Assembly (NCBI GenBank): GCA_030390025.1
Contig: CM059431.1
Coordinates: forward strand, 157,110,001 to 157,174,000
Length of the DNA stretch: 64,000 nt
Direction: 5' to 3'
Origin: Squalus acanthias
Taxonomy: Eukaryota
A program made the position numbers and the translations under genes. Below the pieces are notes generated by a model. The model saw only the letters and a list, made by a program, of their open reading frames with translations, had not been told where the DNA came from and did not search any database. Within the stretch, counting starts at the first letter, position 1; each line of letters begins with the position of its first letter. Positions 24,365-35,227 of the stretch are shown here, in pieces.

Positions 24365-24451
24365 GCTCAATGACAATAAGCTGGAAGATGTGGGAGTGAA
24401 AAGGCTGTCTACAGCATTGATGAAAAATGATTGCAAAATACAAACACTGGA
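24365..24451 (+). CDS. NLR LRR exon (87 nt, RI-type)
   Basis: tttag acceptor; LNDNKLEDVGVKRLSTALMKNDCKIQTL; GA|gtaagt; phase 2-2. Confidence 0.9.
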
Positions 24452-24480
24452 GTAAGTGAAGCTAATTATAATAACTGCAA

Positions 24481-25032
24481 TAAAAACAGAAAATGCTGGA
24501 GATACACAGCAGGTCAGGCAGCATCTGTGGAGAGAGAAACAGAGTTAACGTTTCAGGTCGATGACCCTTCGTCAGAACTGGAAAAAGCTGGAGATGGAAC
24601 AGGTTTTTAAGCAAGTGTAGCGGCAGGGGAAGGGGTAAGGGTGGAAATAATTAAAGGGAAGATCTGTGATAGGATGGAAAGCAGGAGAGATTAAGAGACA
24701 AAGGGGATGATGGACTGTAGATGCTGCCTGACCTGCTCAGTATTTCCAGCTTTTTCTGTCCAGCATCATCCCTTTTGTCTCTTAATCTCTTCTGCCTTTC
24801 TTCCTATCACAGTCCTTCTTTTTTGCACTTTTCTCCCCTCTCCCCTTTCCCTGCCCCTACACTTGCTTAAAAACCTATTCCATCTCCAGCTGTTTCCATT
24901 TCTGACGAAGGGTCATTGACCTGAATCGATAACTCTGTTTCTCTCTCCACAGATGCTGACTGACCTGCTGAGTATTTCCAGCATTTTCTGTTTTTATTTC
25001 AGATTTACAGCATCCACAGTATTTTTCTTTTG
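24481..25032. mobile_element. Inverted-repeat Penelope terminal insertion with two hammerhead motifs
   Basis: 14-bp TSD TATAATAACTGCAA (24467-24480 / 25033-25046); ~230-bp inverted arms; hammerhead at 24544-24579 (-) intact, 24898-24934 (+) mutated. Confidence 0.88.
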
Positions 25033-25104
25033 TATAATAACTGCAAATCTGACGAATATTAAATAGGAATGATGATTCGCAATTTTTAAATGAAAAAGAA
25101 AATA

Positions 25105-25850
25105 CTACTGTTTCCACTTGGAGGAGTTCAAAACCTCGGGCCGCCGACTTGGTAAAGCGGATCATCCTAATTCACCGCTCCTCGCTGAAAAGAGAATTGC
25201 TCTCTGAATACCATAGATAGGCAAGGCTTCCTGTTGAGAGCCAACCTGCCCCTCCTCCTCCCTCTGCATGAATCTTCTCCTATTTTCCCCTGCCTCCGCT
25301 CCTTCTCTCGAAGATACTCGAGCGCGAGGGGGTCTGCAAGTAGAGTCCCCATGACGGTGAGCAAGTGACGTAAATAAGAATGAAAACGTTCTCCACTTGC
25401 CCAAACACTCCCTATACCTTAAGGATATAAGGTATAAGAAATACATTTATAGAGCTGCTGGAGTTGCAGAAAGTTTCTCAGAGCCAGTCAAACTGCAGTA
25501 ACATGTCAGCTGCGAGCTGTTGCTGATGATCCCTTTAAATAACACTGCTGGAGCTTCATTCCTGCCTGTCAACGCTTGCTCAGCTGGCCGTAGATAATAT
25601 ATTCTGATAAGTGGAGTGGCGAAGTTGAAAATGGCAGATCGGGCGGCAAATGAGCGTTGCCCACTATCTGACGTCACCTTATGCATAATCTACATAATTT
25701 ACGCGAGCGCAGACATCGACAACGTTAGCGCCCAGCCAAAAATGGCGGGCGCCGCGGGAGCCGCCTGCAGCGGGCGGAAATACAGCGGTCGCTACTTGTT
25801 CCTGAATCTGGCTGCAACGGGTTGCGCTGAATCTCCGATTTTTTAGCCCC
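25105..25850 (-). mobile_element. 5' fragment of an autonomous Harbinger transposon (TIR, CpG-rich leader, transposase N-terminus)
   Basis: Terminus GGGGCTAAAAAATCGG on minus at 25850; from ATG at 25352: MGTLL...RRRGRLALNRKPCLSMVFREQFSF/SEER*IRMIRFTK...FELLQ, resembling (from memory) the HARBI1-type VFR..F..LS.E....RF.K motif. Confidence 0.65.
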
Positions 25851-26255
25851 TAGTAATTTTTATGATAATGAAGAACTGACATTAATCCATAATATGACAT
25901 CCATAAATATAAAGTTTTTCAGGCACTAAAAGGTGGTTAGCAGTCAATACGCTGTTAAAACCCCTGTTATATCTATTATAACAAGGGTTAGCATTTAATG
26001 TGGTGCTTAAGAGAGATCTTACTGCGGAAAAGCTTAAGTTTTCGTCAGTTCCACTGATTTTACTGATTGCTGGCTATGGGAAGTGGCGGTCCACAGCGCA
26101 GCCACTGTCGGACCTATGAATTACTGACCGCGACTTCAGAATTTCTGCGTTCATCTGTGCACGCGCTGACTCCTGAATTTACTGTCAGTTTCAGAGGAAT
26201 AATGATGGCGAATGCTGACAGTTTGCCGTCATTAGCCACTACAAAATCCGGGCCA
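25851..26255. mobile_element. Right half of an old Harbinger-type MITE
   Basis: Ends aaaatccgggcc; internal gacttcagaatttctgcgttcatctgtgcacgcgctgactcctgaatt hairpin like the other MITEs. Confidence 0.45.
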
Positions 26256-26519
26256 TGAGGGAGAAAGAAGTATACGACATGTCGAAGTGGTGAGATGAAA
26301 ATACATAGAATGGGAGGTGGCTCGTCTGAAGCATAGACGCCAAAATGGAACATTTTACTTTAATTTCAATTTAATTCTGTGCTGTATTGTCAATTTTCAT
26401 TCTCAGAAATGAGCAGATATGCTAATTGATTTGCAGATTCTTCCATTGCTGTTTTCCGTCACAGTATACTTTACCTGTGTGATGCTAATATTAGATTCCG
26501 TGTTTTCGTTTTACCACAG

Positions 26520-26711
26520 CTTAAAAGCTAACAATCTCACAGACGGTTGTATCGAAGAGCTGATATCCGCTATTATTGGAAACCAGTCAGTAATGGAGCT
26601 GGACTTGAGTAACAAAACCGTGGGTAGCAAATGGAGCAATGGCCTAACAGACAGCTCTATTCCCGCATTGCGCCGCCTCATCCAGATGGACCATCATCTG
26701 AGGGAAATCAG
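26520..26711 (+). CDS. NLR LRR exon (192 nt)
   Basis: ccacag acceptor; LKANNLTDGCIEELISAIIGNQSVMELDLSN...NGLTDSSIPALRRLIQMDHHLREI; AG|gttaga. Confidence 0.88.
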
Positions 26712-26794
26712 GTTAGATAAAAATATATATATTAAGTAAAAGTTTTATTTATTAGTGAAATATTCACAAGGAATAACGTAAGTGTTTATTTTTT

Positions 26795-27200
26795 ACAATG
26801 GCTCAGTTGGTATTGCTCCCGCCTTTGCTTCAGAAGGTGGTGACTTCAAGCCTGGAGAGCACATAATCTAGGCTGGCGCTTCAGAGCAGTACTGAGAGAA
26901 TGTTGCACTGTGGAGGTGCTGTGAAACTGCGGCCACATCTGCCCTAGTAGATGCATGTCAAAGTCGAACTAGGGAGTTATTTTGCTGTCCTGGGCAATAT
27001 TTTCCCTAAAAGACATTTTTCAAACTGATTATCTGGTCATTATGTCATTGCTGTTTGTGGGATCGTGCTGTGCGTATGTTGTCTGTTGGTTCCACAATTA
27101 CAACAGTGATTGCACTTCAAAAGAGCTCATTGGCTGTAACGCGTTTTGGGACTCTCTGAGCTCGTGGAAGGCGCTATATAAATGCAGGGTCTGTCTATGT
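26795..27200 (+). mobile_element. tRNA-derived DeuSINE-like element (SacSINE1-like) with L2-type tail
   Basis: A-box TGGCTCAGTTGG, degenerate B-box; gcagtactgagagaatgttgcactgtggaggtgc and tgtcctgggcaatattttccct core; ggcgctatataaatgca tail. Confidence 0.7.
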
Positions 27201-27394
27201 TTATAACTGATAAACAAGATATGAAGCAAAATGGCGCATTCGTTCTGCAGCGAGTTACTCTGTTGCATCTGCAACGACACCATAAACGCGTCCTTTTTTG
27301 GCAGACGTTATGAGATCGCTACATGCAATCGACAGAACAATTCTCACCCTTCCTATCATCTATTTTCATTATTTTTACTTGTGTAATTTTACAG

Positions 27395-27479
27395 ATTGGG
27401 ACGCAATTTCTTCACTTTAGGAGGACAGAAATCTTTGGAGTCGGACCAGGTAACCAGGATCAGATTTAACTTTGACTGA
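27395..27479 (+). CDS. NLR terminal coding exon
   Basis: ttttacag acceptor; LGRNFFTLGGQKSLESDQVTRIRFNFD then TGA. Confidence 0.75.
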
Positions 27480-28699
27480 ATGGCCGTTTCTCAATAAGGT
27501 TGATTTATTTCAATGGCTATATTGCATAACAGCAGCCAAAATTTAGGTGATGCCTTGGAATAACGACACATAAAAGAGAAGTATATTGAATTGTGCAGTG
27601 CCGGGGGATTGACTGCCAGGAACAGGGCGACTGTTCCAACCATCACCATTGAGTAACGCGCCGAGAATTCTGTCAACTGTGGGGCAGGCAAGACGCTAAG
27701 AGAAGGCTTGTCAAAAAATTGAACTATCTGATTTCCAGAAGCACCGTTGGTGATTCCACATCGTGTTACCTTTTTCGTGATAACTATGAACAGGTGACTT
27801 TTCCGGGGACGATCGCTCACAAAGAGCGGAGGAAACGTTGTCCTCAATATGCATATAGATTGGGCTACTCAAACTGGATGCATTACGGTGGAGGTGGATT
27901 TCCTGGAGTGTTTAAGGGATGGTTTCCTAAACCAATATGTTGAGGAACCGACTAGAGGGGAGGCCATCCTGGACTGGGTGTTGTGTAATGAGGAAGGACT
28001 AATCAGCAATCTTGTGGTGCGAGGCCCCTTGGGGAAGAGTGACCATAGTATGGTGGAGTTTTACATTAGGATGGAGAAGGAAACAGTTAATTCAGAGACC
28101 ATGATCCAGAACTTAAATAAGGACAACTTTGAGGGTATGAGGCGTGAATTGGTGAGGTTAGATTGACAAGCGATATTTAAGGGGTTATCAACGGAACGGC
28201 AATGGCGGACATTTAGAGATCGCATGGCTGAACTACAGCAATTGTACATCCCTGTCTGGCGTAAAAATAAAAAAGGGAAGGTGGCTCAACCATGGCTAAC
28301 AAGGGAAATCAGTGATATTATTAAAAGCAAGGAAGTGGCATACAAATTGGCCAGAAGTAGCAACAAACACGGGGACTAGGAGAACATTAAAACTCAGCAG
28401 AGGAGGACGAAGGGTTTGGTTAGAGCAGGGAAGGTAAAATATGAAAGGAAGCTTGCGGAGAACATTAAAACGGACTGCAAAAGCTTCTATAAATATGTAA
28501 AAAGAAAGATGTTAGTAAAAACAAACTTAGGTCCCCTGCAGTCAGAAACAGGGGAATTCATAATGGGGAACAAAGAAATAGTAGATCAATTGAACAAGTA
28601 CTTTGGTTCGGTGTTTACTGTGGAGGACACAAACAACCTTCCGGAAATAAAAGAGATCAAAGGATCTGGTAAGAGGGAGGAGCTGAGGGAAATTCTTAT

Positions 28700-31600
28700 A
28701 CATAGATACATAGATACATAGAAGATAGGAGCAGGAGTAGGCCATCCGGCCCTTCGAGCCTGCTCCGCCATTTAATGAGATCATGGCTGATCCTTCAATT
28801 CAGTATCCCGTCCCCGCCTTCTCTCCGTAACCCTTAACCCCTTTTGCCTGTAGAAATATATCTAATTCCCTCTTAAATATATTTAATGAGCTGGCGTACA
28901 CTGCCCTCTGTGGCAATGAGTTCCACAGGTTCACCACTCTCTGAGTGAAGAAATTCCCCCTCATTTCTGTCCTAAATGGTTTAGCCCTTATCCTTAAATT
29001 ATGTCCTCTAGTTCTGTTCTCACCCGCCAAGGGAAACATTCCTTCTGCATCTAGTCTGTCTAGACCTGTCAGAATTTTATACACTTCTATGAGGTCCCCT
29101 CTCAATCTTCTAAACTCCAGTGTGTACATCCCTAAACTACATAGTCTCTCCTCATAGGTCAATCCCGCCATTCCTGGTATCAGCCTGGTGAATCGCCGCT
29201 GCACCCCCTCCATGGCAAGAACATCTTTCCTCAGATGAGGCGACCAAAACTGTACACAGTACTCGAGGTGTGGTCTCACCAGTGCCCTGTACAGCTGCAG
29301 CAAGGTATCCCTGTTCCTGTATTCCAACCCTTTTGCTATGAAGGCCAGCATACCGTTTGCCTTCTTGACCGCCTGTTGCACCTGCATGCTCGCCTTCAGT
29401 GACTGGTGTACAAGAACACCCAGGTCTCTCTGTACTTCCCCCTCTCCCAATTTATTGCCATTTAAATAATAATTTGCCCTCCCGTTCCTGCACCCAAGGT
29501 GGATAACTTCGCACTTGTCCACATTATAGTGCATCTGCCATTTATCCGCCCAATCACCCAGTCTGTCCAAATCGCTCTGGAGCTTCCTGGTCTCCTCCTC
29601 TGAGCCCACCCCCCCTCCTAGTTTAGTGTCGTCTGCAAATTTGGAAATGCTGCATTCGACTCCCTGATCCAGGTCATTAATATAAATTGTGAACAGCTGG
29701 GGACCCAGGACAGATCCCTGTGGTACCCCACTTGTTACTGCCTGCCATTCAGAAAATGAGCCGTTTATTCCAACTCTCTGTTTTCTATCTGACAGCCAGT
29801 TCTCTATCCACGTCAATACTTTCCCCTTTATCCCATGAGCTTCAATTTTCCATGCTAATCTTTTATGTGGGACCTTATCGAAGGCCTTTTGGAAGTCCAG
29901 GTACACCACATCTACTGGCTCTCCCCCATCTATTTTACCAGTTACTCCCTCAAAAAATTCCAATAGATTAGTCAAGCACGATTTACCCTTTGTAAATCCA
30001 TGTTGACTCTGTCCTATCCTGTCCCCATTTGCTAAGTGCTCGGCTATTTCATCCTTAATGATGGACTCCAGCATTTTGCCCACAACTGATGTAAGGCTTA
30101 CAGGTCTGTAATTACCTGCTTTTTCCCTACCCCCCTTTTTGAATAGTGGGGTAACGTTAGCTACCCTCCAATCCATGGGCACTGTTCCCGAGTCTAATGA
30201 ATTCTGAAAAATCATGCTTAGTGCATCCGCTATCTCTAGGGCCACCTCTTTCAGTACCCTAGGATGCATGTTATCAGGCCCTGGGGATTTGTCCGCCTTC
30301 AATCCCTTTAGCTTCCTTAACACCATATCCTTAGAGATATTGATTTGCGTCAGTTCCTCCTTTGCCAATGTCCCTATTTTTCCCGATATCCCAGGGAGGT
30401 TTTTTGTGTCTTCCTTCGTAAAGACTGACCCAAAGTATGCATTTAGTTGGTCTGCCATTTCCTTATTTCCCATTATATATTCCCCCGTATCTGACTGCAA
30501 TGGACCAACTTTGGTTTTCACCAGTCTTTTCCTCTTGATATACTTATAAAAGCTTTTGGAGTTAGTTTTTATATTTTCCGCCAGCTTGCTTTCGTAAGCT
30601 ATTTTGCCCTTCTTGATTAAGCCCTTTGCCCTCCTTTGCTCTATCTTAAACTGTTCCCAATCTTCCGCTCTGGCGCGTTTTTTGGCTATTTTATACGCCC
30701 TATCTTTGGATTTTATGCTGTCTCTAATTTCCCCTGTTGTCCACGGTTGAGTCACCTTTTTAGATTTCCTTTTATGCCAGATTGGTATAAACAATTTTTG
30801 CAATTTTGTCATTCTATCTTTAAATGCTTGCCATTGTTTATCTACCTCCAGTCCTCCCAGGAACGTTGTCCAATCAGACCTACTCAGTTCCCGTCTAATG
30901 GCATCATAATTCCCCTTGTTTAAATTCAGGACCTGAGTCTCTGAGTCAATTTCTTCGCTCTCCATTTCGAGTGAGAAATCGATCATGTTATGATCGCTCT
31001 GACCCAAGGGTCCCCGTACAACAAGATTACTAATTAGTCCCTTCTCATTGCACAGTACCCAGTCCAATATAGCCTGTTCCCGAGTTGGTTCCTCGACATA
31101 TTGATCCAGATAACCATCCCTTAAACACTCAAGGAATTCCTCCTCCTCATTATTTTTACTGATTAGGCTAGTCCAATCTATATGTAAGTTAAAGTCACCT
31201 ATGATGACAGCTGTGCTCTTATTGCACGCTTCTCTAATTTCCCTCGTGATGCCCTCCCCAACCTCTATTTTACTATTTGGAGGCCTATATACCACTCCTA
31301 TTAATGTTTTTCGCCCCTCGCTATTTCTTAGCTCCACCCATATAGATTCTGTATTAACTGAGTTAATATCCTTCCTTTCAATTGCATTTATCCCCTCTTT
31401 TACCAGCAATGCTACCCCTCCTCCCTTTCTTTTTTGTCGATCCTTCCTAAATACTGAATACCCCTGTATGTTAAGCTCCCAGCCCTGCTCACCCTGCAAC
31501 CATGTTTCCGTAATCCCAATTAGATCATAATTATTAACCTCTATTTCCACAGCTAATTCATCTACCTTGTTCCTGATGCTTCTCGCATTAAGGTATAAAA

Positions 31601-31992
31601 CCCTCAGGCTTTTTTTATGCTCACATTTTTTATGAATTAGTTTGGCCCTTTGTTTTTTGTTCCTCTCCTTTTTACCATTTATTTCTGTCTGCCTTTCACT
31701 TTCCTCTATTTCACTACATGGGTTTCTAGCCCCCTGCCATACTAGTTTAAATGCTCCCGAACTGCTTTATCAAAATTTACCCCGAGAACCTCAGTTCCAT
31801 CTTTGCACAGGTGTAGACCGTCCCTTTTGTATAGGTCACACCTACCACAAAACTGGTCCCAATGCCTCAAAAATTTAAAACCCTCCCTCTTACACCACTG
31901 CTCAAGCCACGTATTTAGCCTAACTATCCTGTTCTCTGTACTCTTACTAGCACGTGGCACTGGTAGTAATCCAGAGATTACTACCTTCGAGG
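28700..31992 (-). mobile_element. Young 5'-truncated CR1 LINE (copy E): ORF1 C-terminus, complete ORF2, (TATCTATG)n tail
   Basis: Tail acatagatacatagatacatag at 28700; ORF1 end ...DGLHL...REHLN* at 31742; ORF2 without stops or frameshifts. Confidence 0.96.
28800..31751 (-). CDS. Intact CR1 ORF2 (APE endonuclease + RT); frame is open from the ORF1 slippery site (984 codons incl. stop)
   Basis: ORF track 28800-31550 starts at GTG; the frame continues 67 codons upstream through [66 protein letters not shown] all intact. Confidence 0.93.
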   Translation of the reverse strand, partial: FKLVWQGARNPCSEIEESERQTEINGKKERNKKQRAKLIHKKCEHKKSLRVLYLNARSIRNKVDELAVEIEVNNYDLIGITETWLQGEQGWELNIQGYSVFRKDRQKRKGGGVALLVKEGINAIERKDINSVNTESIWVELRNSEGRKTLIGVVYRPPNSKIEVGEGITREIREACNKSTAVIIGDFNLHIDWTSLISKNNEEEEFLECLRDGYLDQYVEEPTREQAILDWVLCNEKGLISNLVVRGPLGQSDHNMIDFSLEMESEEIDSETQVLNLNKGNYDAIRRELSRSDWTTFLGGLEVDKQWQAFKDRMTKLQKLFIPIWHKRKSKKVTQPWTTGEIRDSIKSKDRAYKIAKKRARAEDWEQFKIEQRRAKGLIKKGKIAYESKLAENIKTNSKSFYKYIKRKRLVKTKVGPLQSDTGEYIMGNKEMADQLNAYFGSVFTKEDTKNLPGISGKIGTLAKEELTQINISKDMVLRKLKGLKADKSPGPDNMHPRVLKEVALEIADALSMIFQNSLDSGTVPMDWRVANVTPLFKKGGREKAGNYRPVSLTSVVGKMLESIIKDEIAEHLANGDRIGQSQHGFTKGKSCLTNLLEFFEGVTGKIDGGEPVDVVYLDFQKAFDKVPHKRLAWKIEAHGIKGKVLTWIENWLSDRKQRVGINGSFSEWQAVTSGVPQGSVLGPQLFTIYINDLDQGVECSISKFADDTKLGGGVGSEEETRKLQSDLDRLGDWADKWQMHYNVDKCEVIHLGCRNGRANYYLNGNKLGEGEVQRDLGVLVHQSLKASMQVQQAVKKANGMLAFIAKGLEYRNRDTLLQLYRALVRPHLEYCVQFWSPHLRKDVLAMEGVQRRFTRLIPGMAGLTYEERLCSLGMYTLEFRRLRGDLIEVYKILTGLDRLDAEGMFPLAGENRTRGHNLRIRAKPFRTEMRGNFFTQRVVNLWNSLPQRAVYASSLNIFKRELDIFLQAKGVKGYGEKAGTGY

Positions 31993-32566
31993 TATCAGTC
32001 GGGAAAAGGTGTTGGAGAAATTGATGGGACTGAATGCTGATAAATCCCCAGGGCCTGATGGTCTGCATCCCAGAGTATTAAGGAGGTGGCCTTGGAAATA
32101 GTGGATGCATTGACGATCATTTTCCAACATTCCTTAGACTCTGGATCAGTTCCGAAGGAGTGGAGGGTGGCTAATGTAACCCCTCTTTTTAAAAAAGGAG
32201 GGAGGGAGAAAGCAGGGAATTAGAGACCGATCAGCCTGTCATCGGTGGTGGGTAAAATGATGGAATCAATTATTAAAGATGTCATAACAGACCATTTGGA
32301 AAGTGGCGACATGATAGGTCCAAGTCAGCATGGATTTGTGAAAGAGAAATCATGCTTGACAAATCTTCTGGAATTTTTTGAGGATGTTTCCAGTAGGGTG
32401 GACGGGGGGGAACCAGTAGATGTGGTGTATTTGGACTTTCAGAAGGCCTTCGACAAGGTCCCACACAAGAGATTGGTGTGCAAAGATAAAGCACATGGGA
32501 TTGGGGGTAATGTGTTGACGTGGATTGAGAACTGGTTGGCACAAAGGAAACAAAGAGTAGGAGTAA

Positions 32567-33665
32567 CAACAGAAAACGCTGGAAAAACTCAGCAGGCCAG
32601 GCAGCATCCGTGGAGAGAGAAAGAGAGTTAACGTTTCAGGTCGATGACCTTTCGTCAGAACTGTGAAGAGCCGGAAATCAAATAGATTTAAGGCCAGAGT
32701 AAAGCTGGGAAAAGGGGGAGGGGATAAAAGAACAAAGGGGGAGATGAAGAGACATTAAGAGACATTAAGAGATATGCAAGGCTAGAGGTGGTGTTAATGT
32801 GACAGATTAAGGCTGAAAGAAGTGTGAAATCCACTGGCAGAATGAAGGACAGCTGCCAGCTTCTAGGAGGAAAAAAAAGGTGGGGGGGGGCAAATAAAAG
32901 GGTGGAAAAAATAAAATATAAATGTGATTGGAGCTGAGGTTATGATCTAAAATTGTTGAACTCGATATTGAGTCCAGAGGGCTGTAGCGTGCCTAAACGA
33001 AAGATGAGGTGCTGTTCCTCGAGCTTACGCTGCGCTTCCGTGGAACAGTGTAATAGGCCGAGGACGGTGAGGTCAGAGTGGGAGTGAAGCGGTGAATTAA
33101 AGTGACAGGCCACCGGGAGCTCGGGGTCCCCCTTACGGACTGAACGGAGGTGTTCCGCAAAGCGGTCACCCAATCTGCGTTTGGTCTCCCCAATGTAGAG
33201 GAGACCACATCGTGAGCAGCGAATACAGTATACTAAATTGCAGGAAGTACAAGTAAATCGCTTTTTCACCTGGAAGGGGTGTTTGGGGCCGTGGACAGTG
33301 GGAAGAGGGGAGGTGTAAGGGCATGTGTTGCATCTCCTTCGCGTGCATGGGAAGGTGCCGGGCGAAGGGGAAGGGGTGCTGGGGGTGGTAGAGGAGTGGA
33401 CTAGGGTGTCGCGGAGGGAGCGGTCCCTGCGGAATGCTGAAAGGGGAGGTGTGGGGAAGATGTGTTTGGTGGTGGGATCACGCTGGAGGTGGCGGAAATG
33501 GCGGAGGAAGATCCGTTGAATATGGAGGCTGGTGGGTTGAAAGGTGAGGACAAGGGGAACCCTATCGTGGTTCCGGGAGGGAGGGGCAGGGGTGAGGGCA
33601 GAAGTGCGGGAGATAGAACGGACACGGTCGAGGGCCGTGTCGACCACGGTAGAGGGGAATCCCCC
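32567..33665 (-). mobile_element. 5'-truncated Penelope-like element (P2): GIY-YIG domain + hammerhead 3' end
   Basis: 14-bp TSD AAGAGTAGGAGTAA (32553-32566 / 33666-33679); ORF 32940-33647 with NLVYCIRCSRCGLLYIGETKRRLGDRFAEH...GLN; hammerhead AGUU-CUGACGA...GAAACGUU-AACU at ~32626-32663. Confidence 0.93.
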
Positions 33666-35227
33666 AAGAGTAGGAGTAAATGGGTGCTTTTCAGAATATC
33701 AGGCAGTGACCAGCGGGGTACCGCAGGGTTCGGTGCTGGGGCCACAGCTGTTTACATTACATATTAATGATTTGGACGAAGGGATTAATTGTAGTATCTC
33801 CAAATTTGCGGATGACACTAAATTGGGAGGCAGTGTGAACAATGAGGAGGATGCTAGGAGGCTACAGAGTGACTTGGACAGTTTGGGTGAATGGGCAAAT
33901 GTATGGCAGATGAAGTACAATGTGCATAAATGTGAGGTTATCCACTTTGGTGGTAAAAATAGGGAGGCAGACTATTACCTGAATGGTGGCAGATTAGGGA
34001 AAGGGGAGGTGCAACGAGACCTGGGCGTCATGGTACATCAGTCACTGAAGGTGGGAAGGCAAGTGCAGCAGGCAGTCAAGAAAGCAAATGGCATGATGGC
34101 CTTCATAGCAAGGGGATTTGAGTACAGGAGTAGGGAGGTGATGCTACAGTTGTACAGGGCCTTGGTGAGGCCACACCTGGAGTATTGTGTGCAGTTTTGA
34201 TCTCCTAACTTGAGGAAGGACATTCTTGCTATTGAGGGAGTGCAACGAAGGTTCACTAGATTGATTCCTGGGATGGCCAGACTGACATGTCAATAAAGAC
34301 TGGATCAACTGAACTTGTATCCTCTGGAGTTCAGAAGAATGAGGGGGGATCTTATAGAGACGTTTAAAATCCTGTCTGGTTTAGACAAATTAGATGCGGG
34401 CAGAATGTTTCCAATGTTAGGGAAAACTAAAACCAGGGGTCACAGTCTAAGGATAAAGGGGAAGCAATTTAAGACTGAGACGAGGAGCAACTTCTTCACC
34501 CAGAGAGTGGTGAATCTGTGGAATTCTCTACCACAGAAGGTTGTTGAGGCCAGTTCGCTAAATATATTCAAAAGGGAGTTACATATAATACTCACAACTA
34601 GGGGGATCAAGGGCTATGGCGAGAAAGCAGGAATGGGGTACTGAGGTAGCATGTTCAGCCATGAACGCATTAAATGGCGGTGCAGGCTCGAAGGACCGAA
34701 TGGTCTACTCCTGCACCTATGTTCTATGTTTCTATGAAAACAATATGGAATCAGATGGAAGCACTAAATTTGTTATACTCCATCAACGTGATATCCTATG
34801 CTGCTTGCGTTCAATGTATCCGAATAGCAGAACTTTGAGATTGCTAAGGGTTATCAATTGTAAGGGTACATTAAACTCTATAATAAACTAATTACATATT
34901 GTACCTATTCTGGCAACATAATGGACTCACTGCTGTGAATTGCAGCAATCAAGAGCAGGTAGTTGTCAAGTCAGCTTCTGATGTGTGCTAAATTGACAAT
35001 ATCATGTGCAAACAAAGCTGTGGTGAGGTGGGAGTGGGGGGCGCGGGGCTGTGGGGAGCGGTGAGAGGGGTGATGGCTGTGCCCGGCTTCGCGCTCTTTA
35101 TTAACACCTATTGATGACGAACAGGCAAAGTGTAGTAAGGCCTCACGCATTCTAATTTTTCAGTTTAGAGTGTAAAGCATCACTGGGAGTGAGTTAAAAT
35201 GCCGTAATCAAATTTCAGATGTGACTT

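Larger units (their letters stand above)
11253..27479 (+). pseudogene. NLR (CARD-like + NACHT + short LRR; NLRC3/NLRP-like chondrichthyan family) with one premature stop; pseudogene or null allele
   Basis: Exons 11253-11367 (tentative), 12165-12331, 16359-16530, 16639-16704, 17172-18894, 24365-24451, 26520-26711, 27395-27479. All introns are GT-AG with matching phases; total 2607 nt. In-frame TAA at 17621-17623. Confidence 0.85.
27845..34737 (+). mobile_element. CR1 LINE (copy D), degenerate ORF2, interrupted by CR1 copy E (28700-31992) and Penelope P2 (32567-33665)
   Basis: Joining 28699 to 31996 restores ELREILI-SREKVLEKL; RT motifs at 32245-32566 and 33666-34644; tail tatgttctatgtttctatg at ~34737. 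Confidence 0.92.

Noticed and set aside
27449..27652. Alternative NLR 3' exon via CAG|gtaacc donor and tgcag acceptor at ~27598
   Set aside because: Read-through to the TGA at 27477 already gives a plausible terminal LRR cap; the alternative peptide has no support.
33544..34200. Chimeric ORF; likewise 22594-23259, 31742-32068, 32245-32631, 54277-55377 and 59141-59599
   Set aside because: Each crosses a TE insertion junction defined by a TSD or host reconstruction.
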